From a virus (lineage: Duplodnaviria; Caudoviricetes), in the IMG/VR virus record IMGVR_UViG_3300015607_004069, positions 96,001 to 160,000 of that record: 64,000 nt of DNA; one strand, 5' to 3'. Of the stretch, positions 8,937-18,772 are shown piece by piece; positions within the stretch are counted from its first letter, which is position 1; each line of letters starts with the position of its first letter. The translations under genes and the position numbers were made by a program. The notes beneath the pieces were generated by a model, which did not search any database, had not been told where the DNA came from, and saw only the letters and a program-made list of their open reading frames with translations.

Positions 8937-10316
8937 CTAGCTAGACGGCAGGCCAATGGGACCACCTGTCTCATCAGACCACTTCGATTTTTTGGCTGCA
9001 TAATTTCTACCCAGAAGCCCAATAGTCTTAATCAGCGATTGATTGTGGTCAGGATGCCCATCATAAGCATGAAAATCGGCGATCTTGTCACCATGACCAA
9101 GTTCAACCAGTTCTTCCCATAGTTCAGTACCGGGGAAAGGCACACACTCTGAATTCTGATAATGGACACGATTATTATTTTTAGCACCTTCCTTAATAAG
9201 TTCCTGCAATATCGCCTTGTCTTTTTCCCATGCATCAGGAGCCGCACCGGGAAGGTTTTTCATAGTAGTGAAATGGAATTCCAGCCCACTGAATCTGGTG
9301 AGTAGGTACTTGATATTATCGTAAGTCGTTTTTGCACTGAGGCTCTTTTTTGCATTGTCCAATAGTCTCTGATCAAATGACTCAATGCCGAATCGCATAC
9401 CAACACATCCAGAATTAACCATGATATCATAGAGATCATGGGTGGATGTATCTATTCGTCCCATCATGGTCCAAGGCACACCAATGTCTTTTAATCCTTT
9501 GCAGATGTCTTTGATTCTGGCGTTGCCAATATTCCATGTATCGTCATCGAAGAAGAAAGAGCCTAGAGCACCACCTAGTCTGTTTTTGATGGTCTGGAGT
9601 TCATCTACTACCATTTCAGCGGATCGGGCACGATAGGGAGCGTTTTCAAATACTCTACTGGTAGTGCAATAAGTGCAACTGAATGGGCAGGCTCGGCTTG
9701 TATTGACTTGGACTTGCATACGAGCAGTTTCCATGCTCGGATCATAGTAGCGGTTTAGCCCTTCCCATTCCCGATGAGGCAGGAAGTTTGTCCCGTCTGG
9801 TAGCTTATCCAGCTTCTCCAGATGCATGTATTCGTAGGTGCCTTTTCCACCTGTTTCGACAATATCCAGCATTGGCCGTTCCATCTCTCCAGAGATGACG
9901 TGATCAACATGGGCTTGCGCCTTACTGTGTGCTGCATATTTTTTCATATGTGTGCCACAGAACACTATTTTGCAACCTAGTGTGTTCTTGGTCCACAAAG
10001 CCATTTCATTGGTAATGTCGTAGCATGGCGTTGATACATCGAATAAGGCGATATCTGGTTTGTAATTGTAAATGGCCGTTCGAACCTGATCAAAATTTGC
10101 ATGCCTGTCGGCTACACCATCATAAAGATCGGCTGTTATGCCGTGATTGCGAAGGTAAGCAACTGTGTAGGCTAGGCGAAAAGGATAAGGGGCATAACCA
10201 TGAAATGGCATTTCACTAGGTGCTGACCAAGGCCAGCGAGAACCAGAATTTGGGCCTGTGTATAGGACACCATTGCGAGTATGGACATTCGGCACATTGA
10301 CACAGAGAACCTTCAT
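8937..10316 (-). CDS. Cobalamin-binding radical SAM protein (HpnJ-like N-terminus)
   Basis: TSRACPFSCTYC (CxxxCxxC), FFFDDDTW, GIESFDQ, VPFPGTELW; N-terminal GSRWP..YPFRLAY. Confidence 0.9.
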   Translation of the reverse strand: MKVLCVNVPNVHTRNGVLYTGPNSGSRWPWSAPSEMPFHGYAPYPFRLAYTVAYLRNHGITADLYDGVADRHANFDQVRTAIYNYKPDIALFDVSTPCYDITNEMALWTKNTLGCKIVFCGTHMKKYAAHSKAQAHVDHVISGEMERPMLDIVETGGKGTYEYMHLEKLDKLPDGTNFLPHREWEGLNRYYDPSMETARMQVQVNTSRACPFSCTYCTTSRVFENAPYRARSAEMVVDELQTIKNRLGGALGSFFFDDDTWNIGNARIKDICKGLKDIGVPWTMMGRIDTSTHDLYDIMVNSGCVGMRFGIESFDQRLLDNAKKSLSAKTTYDNIKYLLTRFSGLEFHFTTMKNLPGAAPDAWEKDKAILQELIKEGAKNNNRVHYQNSECVPFPGTELWEELVELGHGDKIADFHAYDGHPDHNQSLIKTIGLLGRNYAAKKSKWSDETGGPIGLPSS

Positions 10317-10385
10317 TGGGATCACCTACATGATAGACAAAGTAAGTTTATCATGTAGGTGAATTTCATGTAAGTTTAGAGAAAA

Positions 10386-10715
10386 TTACAGTCTTAATCC
10401 TGTGATTTCTGATATGCTTCTGGTTCCTTCCTTCGCTGCGTTTATTATTTCAGATACTTTCGATTTCACCTCTTCCGGTCCATCAAAATCATAATCAATC
10501 TGGAGTGCGTCTGACTCTTTTGCAATGCGAGTAAATTTGAATGTTCCTGATTCAATGGCCATTTTAAGCATGACACACGTATTTCTAATGGTGTTAAACC
10601 AGCCATCATTACATTGAATACCATGATGCATGCAGGTTTTTTCTGGTTCACCATACATTTCAACGAAATAATCTGGATATTCGGCTATTAACTGTTTTTC
10701 TAGGAACTTGGTCAC
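10386..10715 (-). CDS. Phage hypothetical protein
   Basis: GIQCNDGWF motif seen in large-phage proteins; AGGAG RBS. Confidence 0.6.
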   Translation of the reverse strand: MTKFLEKQLIAEYPDYFVEMYGEPEKTCMHHGIQCNDGWFNTIRNTCVMLKMAIESGTFKFTRIAKESDALQIDYDFDGPEEVKSKVSEIINAAKEGTRSISEITGLRL

Positions 10716-10738
10716 TGTCTACTCCTAATATGACTATA

Positions 10739-11420
10739 TTAAATACCGGATTGAATTTCAGGCTCAACAATATGTTGAAATTTAGTGTAGACGTATATCT
10801 CTGCATGCAAAATATATGATTGATTGATCGCATTTAAGCAATTCATGTTAAAGTGCCAGTCTTCACCCCATTCGCGAGTAGAATTTCCCCAGCTGACGTG
10901 ATTGATCATTTCACGACGCACACTGGTTGCTCCAGCTGTTACTTTTCCGAATTTACTGCCATAAGGTTTACCGTGAATTTCTGGATCACTCGATTCTACT
11001 TTTTCCAATTTGATTTTGTCTATTTCGTATTCATCAAATGGATAATAACTAGGAATCCAAAAATGACTGATGTGCCATGCATCTGAATTCTCATAGGCAT
11101 ATCTGAGTGCCTCTACTCTTTGAGGATGCGTCAAATCGTCCGCATCTTGATAGATAAGAATATCATTATTGCTTACCATACTTGCTTTTTTGGCGGTTTT
11201 CGCCAGATCCGACATTTCGTTTAAATTCGATGAATTCGATGGGAAATCTAGTATAATTATGTAATAGTTCACTTTGCATTGTTCGATTAATATTTTGTGC
11301 GTTGCTGACACTAATAATCATGTTATCTGGCATTGCAGTGCCTTGACAATATGAATGAATCATTCGATCTAATAAATGAAAATGTTCTGCGGCACATGGT
11401 ACAATGATTGAGGTTTTCAT
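10739..11420 (-). pseudogene. GT2-family glycosyltransferase split by +1 frameshift at an A6 run
   Basis: MKTSIIVPC..GENRQK (11420 frame) joins ASMVSNNDILIYQDADD..WGED (10739 frame) if one A of the A6 run (T6 at 11186-11191) is removed. Confidence 0.75.
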
Positions 11421-11606
11421 TTGATATTTTTAATCTTAATAGCTAGACAGAATCGGCTTAGTATTTATGGAAAGAATACAGGTCAAAATCATGATTCCTA
11501 CAGAAGATGAGCAGGCACAATTTGGCTGTTTTGTCATCCTGCTCATTATAGCTGTTGTTTTATTTTCTATAGCTGTCATCTGGAAGCTGATCACAAGCTT
11601 TTGAAT

Positions 11607-11957
11607 TTATCTAGCATCCGGGTGTGGTGGAGGTGGCTTCCTCTTTTTCTTCATTCTGAAAGTGCTATATGGTTTTGGTGGTGAAGGATCGTGCTTGGTC
11701 GTATAATCTGTGATTATTGTTTCATCTGTCATCATAGGATGGGACATAACAGGTCTTTTCACAGGTGTTAATGGCTTTTGCTCTGTATCTGGTTGTCTAT
11801 TTTCTGCAATTAAATTATTGACTCGTATTCGTGTTGGCAGATCCCAACAATCACTGCAAAGGAATCTGCTTTTGAAACCATGCCATGTGCATAGTGTCTG
11901 TTTGCCACATGTACCACAAGTGTCAGCGATTGATGATTTCCTTTTCTTAGCCATCAC
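11607..11957 (-). CDS. Zinc-finger, basic hypothetical protein
   Basis: CGTC..CSDC, Lys/Pro-rich tail. Confidence 0.5.
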   Translation of the reverse strand: MMAKKRKSSIADTCGTCGKQTLCTWHGFKSRFLCSDCWDLPTRIRVNNLIAENRQPDTEQKPLTPVKRPVMSHPMMTDETIITDYTTKHDPSPPKPYSTFRMKKKRKPPPPHPDAR

Positions 11958-12865
11958 AGGCCCCTAATGAATTCGGCTAGTACTGCCACCCGATGTTCAA
12001 AGGTATCATGCTCTAATACGTATCGTTGACCGGCTGTTGCTCTGGTATCGGCTTCAATCAGGATATCGACATTCCGCAACCAGTCCATTTGTTTCTTAAG
12101 ATCTTCTCCACCATCTGTGAAGCTAACGAAATCACTGTATTTTGAAACCAGAGTATCAGAACGATCAGTAATAATAACTCCCCCGCAGGCTAGGATATTA
12201 TAGATCCTGAAATTAGGTGTGTCATGTTCTAGATGCTCTGAAATATGGAAATTCAAATTGACCAGAGACGACGAATACAGGATCGGCTCGTCCTCCAGAG
12301 GCAATTTACCCTTGCAAGCTGAGTGGTACTCCTTTGCCCAGCCGTCTATGTTGCCATAGATAGCAATCAGGTCAATGACGGGCATAATATAACGATTGTT
12401 CTCTTCTTGCGTTCTGATGCCATTGCCGACAAATGAAATAGGATGACGATAGTGAGTTACGGGATCATATCTGAAAAAGATTTCGGGATCAGTAGCAAAA
12501 GGAATGACGGCACCATCAGTCTTGCAATTTTCTTTTAATCTGTTGCTTGTGAAAATGAAATGATCGAATTTATGCTTGTGTAAATTGAATTGTCCGACAG
12601 TGCCGCCAGCCCAAGCATGAGAGGGATAAACGTTTTGTAGATAGTTGATATTCTTATGCTTGCCGGGGAATGTATCGGAAAAGAGATCAAAATAGATGAT
12701 ATAATCAGCTTGTGATGTATCGTGAACGAGTTTCAAATCGGAACGGCGTTCGATGTACTTGCGCCAGGCGCGTGCAACCAATTGATCGCCCTGCACATTT
12801 TGACCATTATTTATATGATTTAGTGATCCTTCTCCGTTAGAATGAATCAATATTTTGGGTGTCAT
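11954..12865 (-). CDS. CgeB-type (GT-B) glycosyltransferase
   Basis: PFATDPEIF, ISFVGN, LYSSSLVNLNFH, PNFRIYNILACGG, HDTFEHRV. Confidence 0.85.
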   Translation of the reverse strand: MTPKILIHSNGEGSLNHINNGQNVQGDQLVARAWRKYIERRSDLKLVHDTSQADYIIYFDLFSDTFPGKHKNINYLQNVYPSHAWAGGTVGQFNLHKHKFDHFIFTSNRLKENCKTDGAVIPFATDPEIFFRYDPVTHYRHPISFVGNGIRTQEENNRYIMPVIDLIAIYGNIDGWAKEYHSACKGKLPLEDEPILYSSSLVNLNFHISEHLEHDTPNFRIYNILACGGVIITDRSDTLVSKYSDFVSFTDGGEDLKKQMDWLRNVDILIEADTRATAGQRYVLEHDTFEHRVAVLAEFIRGL

Positions 12866-13742
12866 TTTCTACCTTCATTAGTGATTTGGCCATTCTGATG
12901 ACATCATCATGTGACCAATTGCCTTTTGCCAGATTATATATTAAAGATACTATCTGAGTATTTGTTTTTGTATATCCACGGCCTGGGATGATTTGATCAA
13001 GCGACGGTGTTAATGGTGAAAATGGCTTTGATAGATCAAATGGCAAGCCAGTTATTGCGCACTTCCCTGATTGAATAGCTTGCCCGATTTGATTTGTTGT
13101 AATAGTAAATTGATTACTTTTTCTACGGTGCTTCTTTCTTGCATCTTGCCTTAATCTGCTCGCTCTGCGATATGATAACTTCTGATCTAATTGTTGCACC
13201 GGTAAATTGTTGTTTTGCACTAGAGCTTTAGCCATCATCATGACATCATCGTGTGACCAATGGTCTTTTGCCAAATTATATGCAAAAATCACTATTTGCG
13301 AATTGTCTGTGGTGTAACCTTTTGTGCTGTCTATTCTATCTATTGATGGTATAAATGGCGATCTGATTCCTGAAAAATCAAATGGAATCTTAGTAACTTG
13401 ACACACTCCAATCTTTAAAATATCGATCGCCCAAGCTGTCGTTAAATCAAATTCTCTAATTCCTATACGTCTTTTGACATCACTGATTAATTTGGATGCC
13501 CTGCCATTTATTGTCAGCCTTGATCTTTTACGTTCGATTTTCTTTGCTGCCAAGTGGCGACTGCGATTTCTTGCTATCTAATCATTTTTAACTTGATAAA
13601 TTTTGGCTCTATTTTTGGAAGCCCATCGATTCCTCAATTTGCGCCTACATGGTGTACATTGTGAATGGATGCCACTTGGCCTATTGGAACAAGGACCAAA
13701 TGGGCCGTCGCTTTTATTGTATTTTGTGCATAATTTAACCAT
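12837..13742 (-). pseudogene. His-Me/HNH-like homing endonuclease with duplicated domain, interrupted by in-frame TAG
   Basis: Two copies of C..T.(I/L)PFD..PS(I/L)D.I...GYT..N.QIV...YNLAK..WSHDDV; ATG at 13742 in frame with TAG at 13580-13578. Confidence 0.75.
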
Positions 13743-13745
13743 GTG

Positions 13746-14690
13746 CTATATTTTTAGGGAGGAGATGAAACGGTCAGCATCATCGCTCTCTGTTGGTAAT
13801 ATGGGTAATTCACACTGATAATGATTAATTAGTTCATCAAACTGGCATGTTAATTCTGCGTATTCCTTGGTCAGCATTGACAAATTAAATGGGATGAGTT
13901 TTCCTGCATAGATGGAAGATTTCAATTCAACAGTCAGATTCAATGCTTTAATGATTTTGAGACAAAGGCTGTATCTTGTGTATGGCACGGAAGAACCAAC
14001 ATGCACTATAGCATCTTCCGTGATGTACTTTGACATTTTCAATATTGATTGAGCTAGAAATTGCGAAGAAACAGCCGAGTTCTTTACATTAGTATAGGCC
14101 TGAAATGGCTTCTTGTCCTTATGAGCTTGAATTAGGCTTTCAATGAGCGGCATCTTATAACCATAGATTCCACCGGCTCTTATGATGACTGATCTAGTCC
14201 TTAATTTTGGCATTTTCATTATCAGTGATTCTGCCATAGACTTTGTCAGCCCATAGAAGGTAGAAGGATTTAGCTTGTCATTGACTTTCCATTGATTCTG
14301 ACCAGATCCGGAAAAGACGTAATCAGTGCTAAGATGAAAGAAGTGGGACGGTATATGTTTATTCAGTTTTTCCTGCATCCATATAGCATCAAGAATCTTT
14401 TGAGCTACAAGCACATTGGCTTCAAGAGCTGCCACACGATCAGTCTCGCATTTTTCCACATTTTTATGTCCTATACAATTGACGATAATATCTGGCTTGA
14501 CCTTTTCTATACACGCTTCAAGGGATGCTTGTGAAAAATCGCACTCGGTGAACATGCTATGACTGATAATTTTATAATCATAGAAAGTGACTTTGGTTCT
14601 ATAACCTAGGTGGATTTGGTGTCCTGCCTTTGCAAAATTGTCGAGTAGATTGCTGCCAAGATAACCGCCACCAAGCACTAAAATCATCAT
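13746..14690 (-). CDS. rmlD: dTDP-4-dehydrorhamnose reductase-like SDR
   Basis: LVLGGGYLG, KPDIIVNC, HLSTDYVFSG, YGLTK. Confidence 0.85.
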   Translation of the reverse strand: MMILVLGGGYLGSNLLDNFAKAGHQIHLGYRTKVTFYDYKIISHSMFTECDFSQASLEACIEKVKPDIIVNCIGHKNVEKCETDRVAALEANVLVAQKILDAIWMQEKLNKHIPSHFFHLSTDYVFSGSGQNQWKVNDKLNPSTFYGLTKSMAESLIMKMPKLRTRSVIIRAGGIYGYKMPLIESLIQAHKDKKPFQAYTNVKNSAVSSQFLAQSILKMSKYITEDAIVHVGSSVPYTRYSLCLKIIKALNLTVELKSSIYAGKLIPFNLSMLTKEYAELTCQFDELINHYQCELPILPTESDDADRFISSLKI

Positions 14691-15430
14691 GGTTTTTGGC
14701 CTATGAAGTATTGTCGTTGTTCGTTACTGTAGTCGTGTAATACGGTAAATCGCTTTTTGAAGTTTAATATAACAGACGATTTTATTCTGACGGGATGTCC
14801 GATATCATAATGCTTGTCAGGATCATAACCAGTATCATAGGTGCGTTCACCAAAGACAATCAGACCACCAGTTTTTAAACTATCAAATAACACATCAAGG
14901 ACTTTCTGTGCCGACATCACATGTTCAATGACGTTGATACAGATCGCTGTTGATATTAGATTTTTAATAATGCAGTTTTCGGCCATGCCACCTATGAAGA
15001 CCGCTGGAAAACCACATAGCGTACCTGTGGTGCCAGATTCGGCTTTATAATTACAATGCGGATGAATCAGATATTGATGAATTAGCGGATCTTGAAGAAA
15101 AATAGTGTTTGCTGTTCTTCCCTGAAGGATAGTCGATGTCTGTGTAAATAGGCCACAGCCGATTTCAAGCATCATTCCTAGGCCATTTGGCAAGTCTTTG
15201 TAGTTATTGAATATGGTAGAATGTTCATGGTTTCTGTCGCTACATGCTCCAGCCCATTCATTAAACCAGCCGTCCCGTTCGAATTTCTGTGCCTGTTCCC
15301 AGCGTTCTTTGGATACTTCTATGGCACCTGTTTCATTGTTCCAGTATGCTTTATCATTAATCTGGCGTAGCATCTCATCGGCCTGATTGCCCTCCAAGAT
15401 GTTGGAAGGGGAATTAATCCATATTGACAT
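14687..15430 (-). CDS. Class I SAM-dependent methyltransferase
   Basis: LEIGCG, INVIEHV, LKTGG. Confidence 0.8.
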   Translation of the reverse strand: MSIWINSPSNILEGNQADEMLRQINDKAYWNNETGAIEVSKERWEQAQKFERDGWFNEWAGACSDRNHEHSTIFNNYKDLPNGLGMMLEIGCGLFTQTSTILQGRTANTIFLQDPLIHQYLIHPHCNYKAESGTTGTLCGFPAVFIGGMAENCIIKNLISTAICINVIEHVMSAQKVLDVLFDSLKTGGLIVFGERTYDTGYDPDKHYDIGHPVRIKSSVILNFKKRFTVLHDYSNEQRQYFIGQKP

Positions 15431-15480
15431 GGTATCACGTCCTGTAGTATTGTCAATTTCACAGAAGACGAGATAAATTT

Positions 15481-16248
15481 ATGCGACTTATAGCCGGTAA
15501 AACTCACGACTATTATGATTGTGTCATTGGTCAGGCGGGGCATGATGTAGATGATATTATCTACAAGAGGGTCGTAAAAGATATACCATTGACCAAAAGC
15601 CAATTTGAACAGCTAAAGATACCCATATTTGGTGCTGGTCATTACTGGACTTATAGCTATGAGAAGCCAATTCACTTCGATGTAATCACTGTCGGGTTTT
15701 GTGGTAAAATCTACCCTTGCGTCCGAGCCGTTGATAACAAATCCCGATTTGATTTCAAGCCAAAGGTTATATTATATTGTTACAACATCGACGATCTGGA
15801 TAAGGCAGTTCAAGCATACGGCGACGATGTTTTTGAAAGTTATGAAAAGCCTACTCGCAAACAACGTAACTGGAAATACGACAAATGGCACAATTGCCCT
15901 CGTTTCATTTTTGAAGAGTGGTTTAATGCTTATACCGCTGCTCCTGACCGTGCTTCCATTTTTGAAGAGCATAAAGTGCCGATCTTCCTCATTCAGGATA
16001 TAAAGTATTATTCTTTGATCCTACAACGCGATCCTACAACGTATACTTATCTCACTCTGAACGCCCCACTCAAGGATGTTCATTTCCAGAAGGTCTTCGA
16101 TCCGTTTCAGGCATATCAACAGATAAACATGTTTCTTGGGAATATGGCTTTTCCTAATCGACCTATTCCTCATGTTAGTGATGAAGATTTGCTTCTGGCG
16201 AAAGGATTTGATAAGTATTCGTTCAGGGCCGATAAGAAACGAAAATAG
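15481..16248 (+). CDS. Conserved phage hypothetical protein
   Basis: HDYYD..VGFCGKIYP..LKDVHFQKVFDPFQAYQQI..KGFDKYSFR. Confidence 0.7.
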   Translation: MRLIAGKTHDYYDCVIGQAGHDVDDIIYKRVVKDIPLTKSQFEQLKIPIFGAGHYWTYSYEKPIHFDVITVGFCGKIYPCVRAVDNKSRFDFKPKVILYCYNIDDLDKAVQAYGDDVFESYEKPTRKQRNWKYDKWHNCPRFIFEEWFNAYTAAPDRASIFEEHKVPIFLIQDIKYYSLILQRDPTTYTYLTLNAPLKDVHFQKVFDPFQAYQQINMFLGNMAFPNRPIPHVSDEDLLLAKGFDKYSFRADKKRK

Positions 16249-16277
16249 AACTAGGCACCTTTTTGTGGAGTTCAATC

Positions 16278-16427
16278 ATGGTCCTAGTTGATGGCAGCAG
16301 CACGTGCGTTCCTGAAGAGAAGCAGTCGGAAATCGATCAGGCTGATCACAATCAGGGCGATCAGCGTCCGATGCTTGCCGAGTTTATTTGCTCGGACAAG
16401 CTCGAAGGTAAATTAATTCGAGATTAA
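16278..16427 (+). CDS. Possible 49-aa ORF overlapping a multi-hairpin region
   Basis: GGAG RBS then MVLVDGSSTCVPEEKQ...KLIRD. Confidence 0.3.
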   Translation: MVLVDGSSTCVPEEKQSEIDQADHNQGDQRPMLAEFICSDKLEGKLIRD

Positions 16428-16455
16428 AAAATAAGGTACCTCTATAAGGTGCCTT

Positions 16456-17043
16456 ATGAAGATCAAGCAATCTATTGTCCCACTAGTCATCGCTGCGGTT
16501 CTAATCGGAGCCGCAGTAGGTATATTGGCCTTGCTGACTGGTTTTGGACCATTGAAGCTAAAAATACTACTCACTGATGCAGTAATCGCCGTTGGTAGTA
16601 TTTGTTTTCTGATTTGTATCAGCACCATTCACACGAACAATCGTAAGCCTTTAATCGGTGTTGGTGTGATAGGTGCAGCCACTACCGTTTTCTGTTCCGT
16701 GTGCTTTTTGAAATTTATCTGGTTTGAATCTACTGGCGAACTGCTTATGAAAATGGCTGTTACTAATCTGATTGTTTCTATCGGCATGGTTTATATAACT
16801 GTGCTCTGCTGGTTCAATTCGATCAATGCTTCAGCATTGTCTATACTCAATTTGACATGCGTAGCCGCCTGTTCTATGGTCATGGCGTTAATAGTTATGT
16901 TTCTCATGATGATCTGGATTGGCATCGATATCATATCATGGAAATTGATTGGAACTTTAGGAATATTATTGGCGGCATGTACTATTCTCATGCCGATCTT
17001 ATATAAGTCATTCAGCATACAGCGTGAGAAAATAGATCTGTGA
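16456..17043 (+). CDS. Multi-pass membrane protein
   Basis: About six hydrophobic segments. Confidence 0.7.
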   Translation: MKIKQSIVPLVIAAVLIGAAVGILALLTGFGPLKLKILLTDAVIAVGSICFLICISTIHTNNRKPLIGVGVIGAATTVFCSVCFLKFIWFESTGELLMKMAVTNLIVSIGMVYITVLCWFNSINASALSILNLTCVAACSMVMALIVMFLMMIWIGIDIISWKLIGTLGILLAACTILMPILYKSFSIQREKIDL

Positions 17044-17618
17044 ATGTCGTTTCAGGCAATCTCAATAGTAACATTGTTGTGGGGGTTGATTTTATACGCG
17101 ATCAGTCTTGTGCTGATCTTGTTCTTCGGGCATTGACTAATCATCATATTTCATGTGTTCAAATATCTGATCAGACTCACCTAAATATCGTGAGCGATGA
17201 GAAGCTAGTTCAATCAAAAACAATAGTGATTAATGACAAAAGGCCAAAATCGGGTATCTGGTGTCGTCGCTCTGCCCTGTCGGCCAGTCGGACGTTGCCC
17301 GATGAATTTCTGAAAGCCAGCTACTATCATATAGCTGACCAAATTGGTTTATTTGCCGCTTGCCATGATTTGTCGAGATTTATTGATAGGGAGCCAAAGG
17401 AAATAGGGCTGGTTAGACTGATGAACTGGGGCTATCACTCCATTGCTGACATCAAATTCATTGATAGCAAGTTGCGGATAAGTGAGTTTAAATATGGTCT
17501 GGTTCTGCGATCAAATGATTCTTCCTACGATTTTGGTAACAAGTTTCATTGCCGAGATATTTATGTTGATCGCTGCAAACTTACGTCGTTTGCTTTTGTA
17601 ATTGGGGCTATTCAGTAA
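17040..17618 (+). CDS. Hypothetical protein
   Basis: GTG start overlapping upstream stop. Confidence 0.55.
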   Translation: MNVVSGNLNSNIVVGVDFIRDQSCADLVLRALTNHHISCVQISDQTHLNIVSDEKLVQSKTIVINDKRPKSGIWCRRSALSASRTLPDEFLKASYYHIADQIGLFAACHDLSRFIDREPKEIGLVRLMNWGYHSIADIKFIDSKLRISEFKYGLVLRSNDSSYDFGNKFHCRDIYVDRCKLTSFAFVIGAIQ

Positions 17619-17635
17619 CCATGTAAATCTATCAT

Positions 17636-18121
17636 ATGGATATTCTAAAACAGACTACAGTTACGGCGATAGATGTCTCTGCTACGGAGACGACTGTTTT
17701 TACTCATACTATGAGTGATAACAGCATGATAATGTTGCAAGTGGTTCTTTCTAATATAGTCGGGGCTGGCAATCAATATTTTGTCAGATTTCATATTGAT
17801 GGTATTTTGGTGATTCCGAGTCAGGATTTCATTTTCGATTCTACTAGTGGTATTGTCCATAGTGGTGCTATGGTTGGACTGGCCGGATCTGTTGTGACTG
17901 TTACTGTGCTCGGTGTGAATGGTGATAATGCTATCAATGTCACCACTACTTTAATGGATGCCAGCCCGGTTTCTATTACTGAGATCACTGAAATATTGGA
18001 GCCTCAGATTCAAGAGATAATAGCAGGATCATTCAGTTCTGCCACTATTAGGCCAACTACTACTGTACTCAGTCCGCTTAGATTGAAGACGAAAAAGAAA
18101 TGTAAGAAATCATGTCCTTAA
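17636..18121 (+). CDS. Beta-sandwich putative virion protein (paralog of 25802-26272)
   Basis: Thr/Val-rich; DASPV..IRPTTTVLSP. Confidence 0.6.
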   Translation: MDILKQTTVTAIDVSATETTVFTHTMSDNSMIMLQVVLSNIVGAGNQYFVRFHIDGILVIPSQDFIFDSTSGIVHSGAMVGLAGSVVTVTVLGVNGDNAINVTTTLMDASPVSITEITEILEPQIQEIIAGSFSSATIRPTTTVLSPLRLKTKKKCKKSCP

Positions 18122-18142
18122 TGATCTGAAGACAGTTATTAA

Positions 18143-18772
18143 TTAGCTATCTCGACTTAGTGGCTGGTACCAAGTCCTTGTACTACCATCGATCGTAGCT
18201 TCTACTTTTGCGATATAGGCAACCCCATTGACTATTCTATTAGTCCCTTCTGAATATCTGTATAATCCAGTTGCTGCTATTTGTGTCATTGCGGTGGATG
18301 CCACCAAGTCTGTCCCATCTGCCACTTTGATCACTTGAATTGTCGGGCTGGTTATTCCAGTGGTCAGTGGTTCACCATTTTTATGCCATATGGTTATGTA
18401 GCGATCCGTGGCACCGCCATTATCATCGACAATCCAAACCTTTGCTTGATAAGCATTTAGATTCCTTAATGCAAACCTACCAGCAATTTCACCAACGACT
18501 GAGTTATCCTCAACAGTACCACTAGTGAATACAAGTTCGAAAGAACTATTCTCAGAATAAAAAGCTGGATCAGTGCTGGTGTCAATGGTGACGTGATTTA
18601 ATCCAGTTACACCGTCAAAATCGACAGTGAGAGATATTCCTGAGGTATCTTGAGTGGTGTCATTGTCTTTATATGCCGTCAATGCAGGGCTACCAGTCAA
18701 GGCTGCTGGCCCGGTGGCACCACGTGTAGTGAATTTGAAATAAATTGTGTCGCCCGGATTGTAATCATTCAT
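18143..18772 (-). CDS. Putative virion protein with two Ig-like repeats
   Basis: Internal duplication LTGSPALTAYK..TGLNHV / LTTGITSPTIQVIK..TGLYRY. Confidence 0.55.
   Translation of the reverse strand: MNDYNPGDTIYFKFTTRGATGPAALTGSPALTAYKDNDTTQDTSGISLTVDFDGVTGLNHVTIDTSTDPAFYSENSSFELVFTSGTVEDNSVVGEIAGRFALRNLNAYQAKVWIVDDNGGATDRYITIWHKNGEPLTTGITSPTIQVIKVADGTDLVASTAMTQIAATGLYRYSEGTNRIVNGVAYIAKVEATIDGSTRTWYQPLSRDS

Noticed and set aside
13578-13580. Genome-wide TAG recoding (code 15)
   Set aside because: Many genes end cleanly in TAG (e.g. 3731, 16248, 48496) and long genes lack internal TAG; this is a single case
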